A program made the position numbers and the translations under genes. Below are positions 51,809 through 59,785 of a DNA stretch of 64,000 bases, in pieces (positions within the stretch are counted from its first letter, which is position 1; every line of letters begins with the position of its first letter). Under the pieces are notes generated by a model. The model did no database searches. It was not told where the DNA came from and worked only from the letters and a program-made list of their open reading frames with translations. Origin of the DNA: Pseudomonadota bacterium (lineage in GTDB: Bacteria; Myxococcota; JACRCW01; JAFGSX01); assembly GCA_043821645.1 (NCBI GenBank), contig JBDRCO010000111.1, positions 32,001 through 96,000 of the forward strand, read 5' to 3'.

Positions 51809-53821
51809 ATGCGACGCTACGCTGCATTCTTGATGACCAGTGTCCTGGGTGCCGGGCTCGGCTGCTCGCCAGCCGTGGTCACCGGGAGCAACTGCAAGAC
51901 CTCCCTGGACTGTCCAGCCAGCAAGGTCTGCGTCGACGGGCTGTGCCAGGATTCCACGCGCGTGGCCTGCACCAGCGACGCCGTGTGCCTGCCCCTGGGC
52001 GCCACCTGCATCAACGGCTTCTGCTCGACCACCTCGATGGTGGATGCGGGACCCGGGGAGGACGCGGCCAGCGGCACCGACAGCGGCACCATCGTGTCCG
52101 GGCAAGGCATCATCGCCGTGGACACCGAGCTGCCCATCGACTTCGGCGACCCTCTGTTCGGGGCGTCGGTGGTCCGGGTGCTGACCGTGCGCAATGCGGG
52201 CGACGAGCCCCTGCACATCTACCGGGTGGGCCGGGTGCCGGGCACCAGCGACGAATTCGCCCTCGATCCCGACGGTGCCGCCGCGGATTCGGTGCTCCTG
52301 CCCGAGCAGACCCTCGACGTCACCATCACCTACGTACTGGCCGATGGTGAGGCGGACATCGGCGAGCTCTTCGTGCTCAGCGACGCGGCCTCGTGCGCAC
52401 AGTTCTGTCAGGATCCGCACAACATCCGCGTGCCGCTGTATTCGGAGTTCAAGGGCGCCCGCAATCTCGACGTGACCCCGGCCAGCCACGACTTCGGTTT
52501 CGTGGTGGGCGGACAGACCAGCCTGTTTGCGCCCTTCACCCTGAGCAACGAGGGCACCCTGAGCAAGGTGCTCACCGTCGGCGACGTGCGCCTCGAGGGA
52601 ACCGATGCCTCCCACTTCGGACTGCTCTTCGATCCCTTGCCCTACTACCTGACGCCTGCGGGCAGCCAGATCGTCCGCGTGCGTTATGCGCCAGGCAACA
52701 CCGCCTTCCACACGGCCGAGCTGGTGATCGAGGCCAACAGCGACGATCCCGAGCGCCAGGTCGTGCGCGTGCCGCTCACCGGACGCTCGGTCCCCTCGGC
52801 CTCGCTGTCCGTGGCCAGCCCCCTGGACTTCGGGGTGGTCGAGGTGGGGCAGGCCTCGGTGCGGACCACCACCGTGCACAACGGTGGCGGCATGGCTGCC
52901 ACCATCACCTCGCCCGAGCGCTTCGAGTTCGGGGACCAGGGCTTCTCACTGGTCAGTCCTGTGCTGCCGCAGATCGTACAACCTGGACAGCAGGTGACCT
53001 TCACCTTGCGCTTCGCCCCGGCCAACGCCGGTGACAAGGGCGACAATCTGTTTTTGGACCACGACGCGGCTGGCTCGCCGCTCACCGTCGGCATGACAGG
53101 TCGGGGCAAGGACCCGCCCCAGGGCTACAGCAGCCTGCGCATCGAGCAGCGGTTCTCGCGGGCCCTGGCCGGGACCGGCTGCGCGTTCCAGACCAATTAC
53201 CAGAACGTGGATCTCGAGGTCGTGGCCGGCGGTGCCATCTGTGACAAGAACGCGGGCGGCTGCCAGGCCGATGTCTGTGCCTGCAATCTGGGCAGCCTGG
53301 GCAGCGCCACCTGGTCCTGCAACAACTGCGGTGGTGGTACGGCCTCGTCGGAGATCGTCTCCAACTTCGGCTCGGGCGCGGACGGCTCGCTTGACGTGCG
53401 TGCCTACTACTTCGATGCCTGCACCGCGGGCTACTTCGGGGTCTCGGGGGCGGCCTTGCAGGCCGTATGCTCCTTCCCGGGCACGCGCGAGGCCTGCTTC
53501 CCCTACGAGGTCTTCAGCCAGGCCATCTACGTCGAGCCGTGCCAGTACACGGACCACTGCATCTCCGAGAGCCTGTGCATGGTCTATGTGCCGACCCTCG
53601 CCAATCGCTGCATGTCGACGGCCGCCACCCAGGTGCGCACGATCATCTCGCTGTCCCAGGGCACGAGCGCAGATCGCACGGTGGTCTTTTGCACCGATCT
53701 GCAGAGCCTGTACGAGCGGCAGGCTGTGGCCCGGATCGAGCGCGCGGCCGGCCTGTTCAACCTGATAGGGCCCCTGGGAAGCTCGCGGGAGATCGCGCCC
53801 AGCGACCCCTGCGGTTTGTAG
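51809..53821 (+). CDS. Lipoprotein with Cys-rich repeats, three choice-of-anchor-D / ASH domains and a Cys-rich C-terminus
   Basis: Lipobox GLGC. CKTSLDCP..KVC. Three DFG...N.G...L modules, including SDDPE. Confidence 0.8.
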   Translation: MRRYAAFLMTSVLGAGLGCSPAVVTGSNCKTSLDCPASKVCVDGLCQDSTRVACTSDAVCLPLGATCINGFCSTTSMVDAGPGEDAASGTDSGTIVSGQGIIAVDTELPIDFGDPLFGASVVRVLTVRNAGDEPLHIYRVGRVPGTSDEFALDPDGAAADSVLLPEQTLDVTITYVLADGEADIGELFVLSDAASCAQFCQDPHNIRVPLYSEFKGARNLDVTPASHDFGFVVGGQTSLFAPFTLSNEGTLSKVLTVGDVRLEGTDASHFGLLFDPLPYYLTPAGSQIVRVRYAPGNTAFHTAELVIEANSDDPERQVVRVPLTGRSVPSASLSVASPLDFGVVEVGQASVRTTTVHNGGGMAATITSPERFEFGDQGFSLVSPVLPQIVQPGQQVTFTLRFAPANAGDKGDNLFLDHDAAGSPLTVGMTGRGKDPPQGYSSLRIEQRFSRALAGTGCAFQTNYQNVDLEVVAGGAICDKNAGGCQADVCACNLGSLGSATWSCNNCGGGTASSEIVSNFGSGADGSLDVRAYYFDACTAGYFGVSGAALQAVCSFPGTREACFPYEVFSQAIYVEPCQYTDHCISESLCMVYVPTLANRCMSTAATQVRTIISLSQGTSADRTVVFCTDLQSLYERQAVARIERAAGLFNLIGPLGSSREIAPSDPCGL

Positions 53822-53851
53822 TTCCCGGTTCCCAGTTCCCAGTTCCCGGTT
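53821..53851. repeat. Heptamer tandem array (GTTCCC[A/G]) x4
   Basis: gttcccg gttccca gttccca gttcccg gtt, starting at the last base of the stop codon. Confidence 0.9.
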
Positions 53852-53953
53852 GACGGAGCCCACCGCTCGCCCGGTGTTTCGTCGTCGACAGATCGCCCCG
53901 AAGCACGTTGAATCAGCACGCGGGAGGACCGGGCCTGCTCAGCTTGGACGGGC

Positions 53954-53995
53954 AACTCGGAACTCGATACTCGAAACGCAGAACCGGGAACAAGG
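53954..53995. repeat. Degenerate heptamer array, inverted relative to 53821-53851
   Basis: aactcgg aactcga tactcga aacgcag aaccggg aacaagg. AACCGGGAAC (53982-53991) is the exact reverse complement of GTTCCCGGTT. Confidence 0.7.
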
Positions 53996-54002
53996 ATCGC
54001 CA

Positions 54003-54758
54003 ATGGCACACCTCAAGGACATCGTGAGCTGGCTGGACCACGAGCTCGACGTGGAGCGGGTGCACGACGTGGCGGTCAACGGGCTGCAGGTCGAGGGCCG
54101 CAGCGAGGTTCAGCGAGTGGTCACCGGGGTCAGTGCCAACCTGGCCCTGCTGCAGGCCGCAGTCGATCGCAAGGCAGACCTGGTGGTGGTGCACCATGGC
54201 CTGGTGTGGGGTGGCATACAGCGCATCACCGGACCACTGCGTACCCGGATCCGACTCGTGCTCGAGCAGGAGCTGTCCCTGGCTGCCTACCACCTGCCTC
54301 TCGACATGCACCCCGTTCATGGCAACAACGCGGGGCTGGCAAGCAGCCTCGAGCTGCAGGACGTGCAGCCCTTTGGCCTGTACAAGGGACAGCTCATTGG
54401 CCTGCGCGGCCAGCTGGCGAAGCCACTTCCCATCGCCGAGGTGCTTGCCCGGATCCGGAGCCGGATTCACGATCAGGCCCAGCTGCTGCCTGGCGGGGAG
54501 CATCCCGTGCACCGCGTCGCGGTGTGTTCCGGCGGCGCCGCCGAGCTGGTGTGGGAGGCCATCGAGGCCGGTTGCGATCTGTTCGTGTCGGGGGAGGCCA
54601 CCGAGTTCTCGCCAGCACTGGCAGCCGAGGGTCGCATCCACGTCGTGGTCGCGGGCCACCACGCGACCGAGCGCTCGGGGGTGCAAGCGCTGGCCCGGGC
54701 GCTGCAGCAGCACTTCGGCATCCCCAGCGAATTCGTCGATATTCCTAACGCGCTGTGA
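54003..54758 (+). CDS. Nif3/YbgI-like dinuclear metal centre hexameric protein
   Basis: Motifs NGLQVEG, VHHGL, YHLPLDMHP, CSGGA and GHHATE. Confidence 0.93.
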   Translation: MAHLKDIVSWLDHELDVERVHDVAVNGLQVEGRSEVQRVVTGVSANLALLQAAVDRKADLVVVHHGLVWGGIQRITGPLRTRIRLVLEQELSLAAYHLPLDMHPVHGNNAGLASSLELQDVQPFGLYKGQLIGLRGQLAKPLPIAEVLARIRSRIHDQAQLLPGGEHPVHRVAVCSGGAAELVWEAIEAGCDLFVSGEATEFSPALAAEGRIHVVVAGHHATERSGVQALARALQQHFGIPSEFVDIPNAL

Positions 54759-54816
54759 CAGCGGCCGCAGCCTCCTGCAAGTGGCGAGAGCGTTCACTGG
54801 CTGTTATCCTGCAGCC

Positions 54817-55257
54817 ATGAACGTCGCGGCCAGAGCACTCGCACTCACCTCGCTGCTCGCCCTGGCCTGTGCACCGGGAGGCGAGGAACCCGACGATCCT
54901 CCCGTGCTCCGCCTGCGCTCGCCGCTACTGGCGCCCGTCGGGGCCCTGGTGACCTTCGACGCCAGTGCCAGCGTCGACGATCACGGTATCGTGATGTACA
55001 GCGTGCAGTTTGGTGACGGTAGCCCCGAGGCCGAGCTGTCGAGTCCGATCTTCACCCACGTGTACCGCGAGCCCGCCACCTACGAGATCGAGGTGCTGGC
55101 CCTGGACGCTCCGGGACACCGGGACGTGCTGCGGCGGAGCATCACAGCGGTCGAGCGCTACTGGCCGCCGTACTGCGACGACAACCTGCCGTGCGAATGG
55201 GGAGCTCTCTGCGATCAGGGAGAGTGTTTCATCGAGGGTGAGGCCGGCTCTCCGTGA
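54817..55257 (+). CDS. Small PKD-domain lipoprotein
   Basis: Lipobox ALAC. VTFDASASVDDHGIV.Y...FGDG...HVY..P..Y. Cys-rich end. Confidence 0.85.
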   Translation: MNVAARALALTSLLALACAPGGEEPDDPPVLRLRSPLLAPVGALVTFDASASVDDHGIVMYSVQFGDGSPEAELSSPIFTHVYREPATYEIEVLALDAPGHRDVLRRSITAVERYWPPYCDDNLPCEWGALCDQGECFIEGEAGSP

Positions 55258-55290
55258 GATCTCACCTGCCGCTGATGTGGTGACCGTGCG

Positions 55291-55995
55291 TCAGGATGCC
55301 GCGGCCGCGGCCGGGTACCACTCCAGGACCTGATCCGTGTTGGGCACGCCGGTGATCTGGGTGCGGCCGTCCCCGACGCGCACCTGACCCTCTGCAATCA
55401 GGCGGACGCCAGCCACGAAAGCCTTCTGTTGCAGCACGCTGATGCGGATACCCAGAGATTCCTCGTCGTCATCGCTCCACACCCGCAGCGCGCTCTGCAG
55501 CAGAATGCAGCCAACACCGCAGTTCTCGTCGAGAAAATGCAGGGTGCAGCCGGTGACGCGAACGCCAGCTGCCAGGGCGTCGCTCAGTGGAGTCTCTCCG
55601 GCAAAGGCAGGCAGCAGCGACGAGTGCATGCGCAACACGCGCTGGGGGAACGCCTGCACCAGCTTCGTGCCCAGGGTCGGGGAGAAGCCTGCCAGGCACA
55701 CCAGCTCGACATCGCGATTCTGCAGGGCCTCGACCAGGGCGGTCTCGTAGGCGTCCGCGCTGTCGAAGGCGTCCTCCGAGAGCACACGGGTAGTCAGTCC
55801 CTGTCCGCGAGCACGCTCGAGGAGGGGGCTTTCCTTGTGGTTGCTCAAGACCAGTTCCACCGAGGCTGCAAAGGCGTTCTGCTGGCAGGCGTCGATGAGC
55901 GCCTGCAAGGTCGCCCCGGCCCGGGACACCAGCAAGCCCAGGCGGAGCGGCGCGCTCGTGTCGCAGGGAGCTCGATCGACGGGCGACGTACTCAT
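55291..55995 (-). CDS. PurN (GAR transformylase)-like protein with degenerate catalytic motifs
   Basis: Fold motifs LVLSN, LVCLAGF, HSSLLPAF.G, GVRVTGCTLHF and ILLQ are present, but catalytic positions are altered (see findings). Confidence 0.82.
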   Translation of the reverse strand: MSTSPVDRAPCDTSAPLRLGLLVSRAGATLQALIDACQQNAFAASVELVLSNHKESPLLERARGQGLTTRVLSEDAFDSADAYETALVEALQNRDVELVCLAGFSPTLGTKLVQAFPQRVLRMHSSLLPAFAGETPLSDALAAGVRVTGCTLHFLDENCGVGCILLQSALRVWSDDDEESLGIRISVLQQKAFVAGVRLIAEGQVRVGDGRTQITGVPNTDQVLEWYPAAAAAS

Positions 55996-56155
55996 GGTGG
56001 CGACCCTCGTTTCGTCCGGCTCGACAGTGGCTCGCGCCGTCGCTGCGGTCAAGACTTCGCACGCGGATCCGTCGCGGACAGCCCTCTGAAGAGCACGCGG
56101 CGTGGAAGGTCAGACTCGGCAAAACCGGGCATTCGCCGTGCGGAGGCCAGGGTGA

Positions 56156-56185
56156 TTTACAGTGCGCCACCGCTCGCGCTAGGCT
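56156..56185 (+). promoter_or_regulatory. Putative sigma70 promoter giving a leaderless transcript
   Basis: TTTACA (56156-56161), 18 nt, TAGGCT (56180-56185), 6 nt, then ATG 56192. No RBS. Confidence 0.55.
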
Positions 56186-56191
56186 GCCGCC

Positions 56192-56905
56192 ATGGAATCT
56201 CTGGTGGTTGTCGCCTGCGCCCCAGGCCTGGAGGCCTTGACCGCGCGCTTGCAGGTTCGCTTCGAGGCAGCGGACGCTGCCGCTGCGTCCCTGGCCTTTG
56301 TCGACGCGGCCGCGGCACTGGCGCGTGGCTTCAAGCAGAGCACTGTGCCCAGTGACGGCAACCGCAAGGTGGTCTTGCTGGTGCGGCCCGGCCAGGGTGA
56401 CGAGAGCCTGGCGCGGGTGCTCGAGGGTGTGCCCGCGCGGACGGTCGAGGTGCCCGCAGACCAGGTTGATGCGGCGGTGGCCGAGGCGGTGCGCCACGAG
56501 GTGGATAGGGGCGCCCGCTCCGTGGTGGTGGCGTCGGTGTTGGCGCCAACCCTGCCTCCCTACCTCCTCGATCACGCGTTCCGGGCGCTGCTGTTTCACG
56601 ACCTGGTGGTGGGACCTGACTTCGCCGGTCATACCTACCTGCTGGGTGTGCGCCGCCCGCCGCCGTCCTTTGCCCTGGATCTGCACTGGGATCCGACGCC
56701 TGCCGTGAGTACGGTCCTGGACGCCGCCGCGCGCGGCACCAACATGACCATGCTGCCCTTCTGGTACCAGCTGGGCGATGACGCCTCGCTCGCCTGGCTG
56801 GAGACGCACTTGCGAGTTCTTCGCGGTCGCCCATGGCTGCTGGCCTCGGCCTTGCCTGACCTGGTCGAGCGGGCGAACCGCAGCGAGAGCCCACTGGCTC
56901 CCTGA
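56192..56905 (+). CDS. DUF2064/TIGR04282-like (CofC-related GT-A fold) protein, degenerate
   Basis: Pattern VVV....PTLP..L..AF..L...DLVVGP....YLLG......W......L.......LP.WY matches the family spacing, but the acidic motifs are lost. Confidence 0.65.
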   Translation: MESLVVVACAPGLEALTARLQVRFEAADAAAASLAFVDAAAALARGFKQSTVPSDGNRKVVLLVRPGQGDESLARVLEGVPARTVEVPADQVDAAVAEAVRHEVDRGARSVVVASVLAPTLPPYLLDHAFRALLFHDLVVGPDFAGHTYLLGVRRPPPSFALDLHWDPTPAVSTVLDAAARGTNMTMLPFWYQLGDDASLAWLETHLRVLRGRPWLLASALPDLVERANRSESPLAP

Positions 56906-56938
56906 ACGGGCCGCGTTGCCGCATCCATCGAGGGTCGC

Positions 56939-59710
56939 ATGTCCATCCGCAAGCTGCTCAGTCGCGCCGGTCCACTGGCCATCGCCTTGAGCTTCGCCCT
57001 GTTCTTTGGTGTCGTCGACTGGCTGCAGGAAGAGCGGGGTTGGCACGACTGGTTCGGCTACAAGCTCGAGCTCAAATTGCTCGACCAGATGTTCGAATGG
57101 CGGGGACCGGTGGCTGCCGATCCCAAGGTCGTCATCGCTGCCATCGATGAGCGCAGCCTCGAAGCCTACGGTCAGTGGGGTAGCTGGCGTCGCACACTGT
57201 TCAAGCTCGGTCTGGATCGCCTTCGGGCCGCCGGTGCGGACACCATAGGCTGGGACATCGTGTTCGCTGGACCCCGCCAGTACACCGACACCTCCATGGG
57301 GCAGCGCCTCGAGAACATCCTGCGCGATATCGATCCCGGAGCCACTTCGGAGGGGCTCGGTACGGGTTTCGCGGAGGTCGGAGCGTCCCTCGACCACGCC
57401 ACGGACGCCCAGAAGAAGGCCACGCTTTCGGGCGACGAACTGCGCCGGCTCGATGCTTCGGTCAAGGAACGGCATCGCAGCGGCATGCTCGCTGCCGGCA
57501 GCGACACTGCCCGAGCCAGGCAGCGTCTGGATGGTCTGCAGCAGCTTTCCCAGCGCTTCGTCAGCAAGACCGAGGCCCTGGTCGAGAACATCCGCCAGGA
57601 GGCCGAGGGCGAGAGCCCGGATCAGACCCTGGCCGAGGGCATCGAGGAGCATTCTGGCAACACGGTGCTCGGCTTCATTGCGCTGTTCGAGGAGGAGGAA
57701 GAGGAGCTGTCGCGGCCCGACGTGTCCGACCTCAACTTCTGCCGCGTGGCCAGCTCGGCCCTGGACAGCATTGCCGTGGGCTGGGGCTTGCCCGGTGAGG
57801 GTGAGCAGGTTGCGGTCCCCATCTTCAAGGAGAACTCGAAGCCGGGCTTGCAGACGCTGATCCCCAAGGTCAAGGGAGGCTTCGTCTCACCGAATCCCGA
57901 GTTCGCCAACGCCGCCCAGAATCTGGGCACCTTTGCCCTCAATCCTGACCCTGACGGCGTGTGCCGCCGCCTGCCCTTGCTGGTCTACTACACCACCGCG
58001 GCGCCGCCGCGGCCGGCCTGGACCGAGGAGTGTACCTACGAGGTGGGCAACTTCATGTTGCCCTCGCTGGCCCTGAGCACAGCCTCGCAGCTGCTGGAGG
58101 CGCCACCTGTTCCGATCGTGCATCCCATCTTCAAGCGCGGCATCCAGTCGGTCAGCTTCTCGGTGTCCCGCGATGTGATCGAGCGCCTGTGCCGGCTTCG
58201 CAAGGGGACGATGGACGACGCGACGCTGCAGGACTGCGTGCGCAGCTTTCCGGGCGAACGCATCGCCGACAGCGTGGTCATCGACCTGCCAACCACACCC
58301 ACCGGCGAGATGCTGGTCAACTACTATGGACCCGAGAAGACGACCTTCCCGCGCATCTCATACTCCGACGTCGTCGCTGGCACCTTCAAGCCCGAGCTGG
58401 TCAAGGGCAAGGTGGTGCTGGTCGCCGCCACCGCCATCGCCACCCACGATCAACGCGTCACACCCTTCAGCGCCTTCGCACCTGGTGTCGAGGTTCACGC
58501 CGCTGCGATCCAGAACATCATCGACGGCCGCTTCTTGTCCCGACACCCCCTGGCCATCCCCTTCGAGTTGCTGTTCATGCTCTCGGTGGCCTTGCTCCTC
58601 GGGCTGCTGTTGCGCCGGGTCAGCGTGCCCATAGGCATCGGCGTGACCCTGGCGATCGCGGTGGCCTACTGGGCCATCAACACCTTCGTGCTGTTCCGGC
58701 AGGGCTACTGGTTTTACCTGGTGCTGCCTTTCTTGCAGATCTTCCTGACCTGGGCCGGCATCACGGTGTTCGGGTACCTGGTCGAGGGTCGCGAGAAAAA
58801 GCGGATCACGGCGCAGTTCGGGACCTACGTGTCACCCGATTACGTCAGGGAACTCATCGACAACCCCGACGTGATCGGCCTCTCCGGCGCCGAACGTGAG
58901 ATGAGCGTGCTGTTCTCGGACATCCGCGGTTTCACGACCATGAGCGAGCGGCTGGCCCCTGAGGAGCTCACGCGCTTCCTCAACGAGTACCTCACGCCCA
59001 TGACCTACTGCCTGCAGCGCAACCAGGGCACGCTCGACAAGTACATGGGCGACGCCATCATGGCCTTCTTCGGTGCGCCCAAGTGGTTCGACGACCACCC
59101 CGTCAAGGCCTGCCTGACGGCGATCGAGATGATGGACGAACTCAGAGACCTTCGAAAGAAGTGGCGCAGCGAGGGCAAGCCCGACATCGACATCGGCATA
59201 GGGATCAACTCGGGCAAGATGCGCGTCGGCAACATGGGCTCCGAGGCCATGCGCAACTACACCGTGCTCGGCGACAACGTCAACCTGGGTTCCCGGCTCG
59301 AGGGCCTCAACAAGCAGTACGCCACCAACATCATCGCCAGCCAGACCACCTTCGAGGCGGCTGGAGCGTTGATCTACGGTCGCGAGCTCGACTCGGTGGC
59401 GGTCAAGGGCAAGAAGGAGCCGGTGCGCATCTTCGAGGTCATGGGCCGCGGCCGGCCCGTGGACTGGCAAGCCGAGCTCATTGGCGCCTTCGAGCGAGGT
59501 CTCGTGGCCTACCGCAAGCAGGAGTGGGAGGAGGCCCTGGAGCTGTTCAAGACCTGCCTGCGCATTCGCAAGGAGGCCACGGGAACCCCCGACGGTTGCA
59601 GCCACATGTACCTCGAGCGCGTGCACCTGCTGCAGAAGAATCCCCCCCGGCCCGGACTGGGACGGGGTGTGGAAGATGACCACCAAGTAGCGATCACGAC
59701 GCCGAGGTGA
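56939..59710 (+). CDS. CHASE2-domain class III adenylate cyclase with a C-terminal TPR-like helix; true end probably 59690
   Basis: CHASE2 motifs VVIAAIDERSL, DIVF, PDPDGVCRR, GKVVLV and PGVEVHA. Three TM segments. Cyclase motifs FSDIRGFT, DKYMGDAIMA, IGIGINSG and YTVLGDNVNLGSRLEG. Confidence 0.93.
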   Translation: MSIRKLLSRAGPLAIALSFALFFGVVDWLQEERGWHDWFGYKLELKLLDQMFEWRGPVAADPKVVIAAIDERSLEAYGQWGSWRRTLFKLGLDRLRAAGADTIGWDIVFAGPRQYTDTSMGQRLENILRDIDPGATSEGLGTGFAEVGASLDHATDAQKKATLSGDELRRLDASVKERHRSGMLAAGSDTARARQRLDGLQQLSQRFVSKTEALVENIRQEAEGESPDQTLAEGIEEHSGNTVLGFIALFEEEEEELSRPDVSDLNFCRVASSALDSIAVGWGLPGEGEQVAVPIFKENSKPGLQTLIPKVKGGFVSPNPEFANAAQNLGTFALNPDPDGVCRRLPLLVYYTTAAPPRPAWTEECTYEVGNFMLPSLALSTASQLLEAPPVPIVHPIFKRGIQSVSFSVSRDVIERLCRLRKGTMDDATLQDCVRSFPGERIADSVVIDLPTTPTGEMLVNYYGPEKTTFPRISYSDVVAGTFKPELVKGKVVLVAATAIATHDQRVTPFSAFAPGVEVHAAAIQNIIDGRFLSRHPLAIPFELLFMLSVALLLGLLLRRVSVPIGIGVTLAIAVAYWAINTFVLFRQGYWFYLVLPFLQIFLTWAGITVFGYLVEGREKKRITAQFGTYVSPDYVRELIDNPDVIGLSGAEREMSVLFSDIRGFTTMSERLAPEELTRFLNEYLTPMTYCLQRNQGTLDKYMGDAIMAFFGAPKWFDDHPVKACLTAIEMMDELRDLRKKWRSEGKPDIDIGIGINSGKMRVGNMGSEAMRNYTVLGDNVNLGSRLEGLNKQYATNIIASQTTFEAAGALIYGRELDSVAVKGKKEPVRIFEVMGRGRPVDWQAELIGAFERGLVAYRKQEWEEALELFKTCLRIRKEATGTPDGCSHMYLERVHLLQKNPPRPGLGRGVEDDHQVAITTPR

Positions 59711-59785
59711 GGAGAAGGCGTCTGCGACACCTCGCGACCTTCCAGACCATGACGGCAAGGGATGGCCGCCCCACCAGGCCCGCGC

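Noticed and set aside
49096-55995. queC, nif3 and purN-like genes as a 7-deazaguanine DNA-modification or pterin cluster
   Set aside because: There are no queD, queE, folE or dpd genes, the genes are separated by unrelated ones, and QueC looks like the ordinary housekeeping enzyme.
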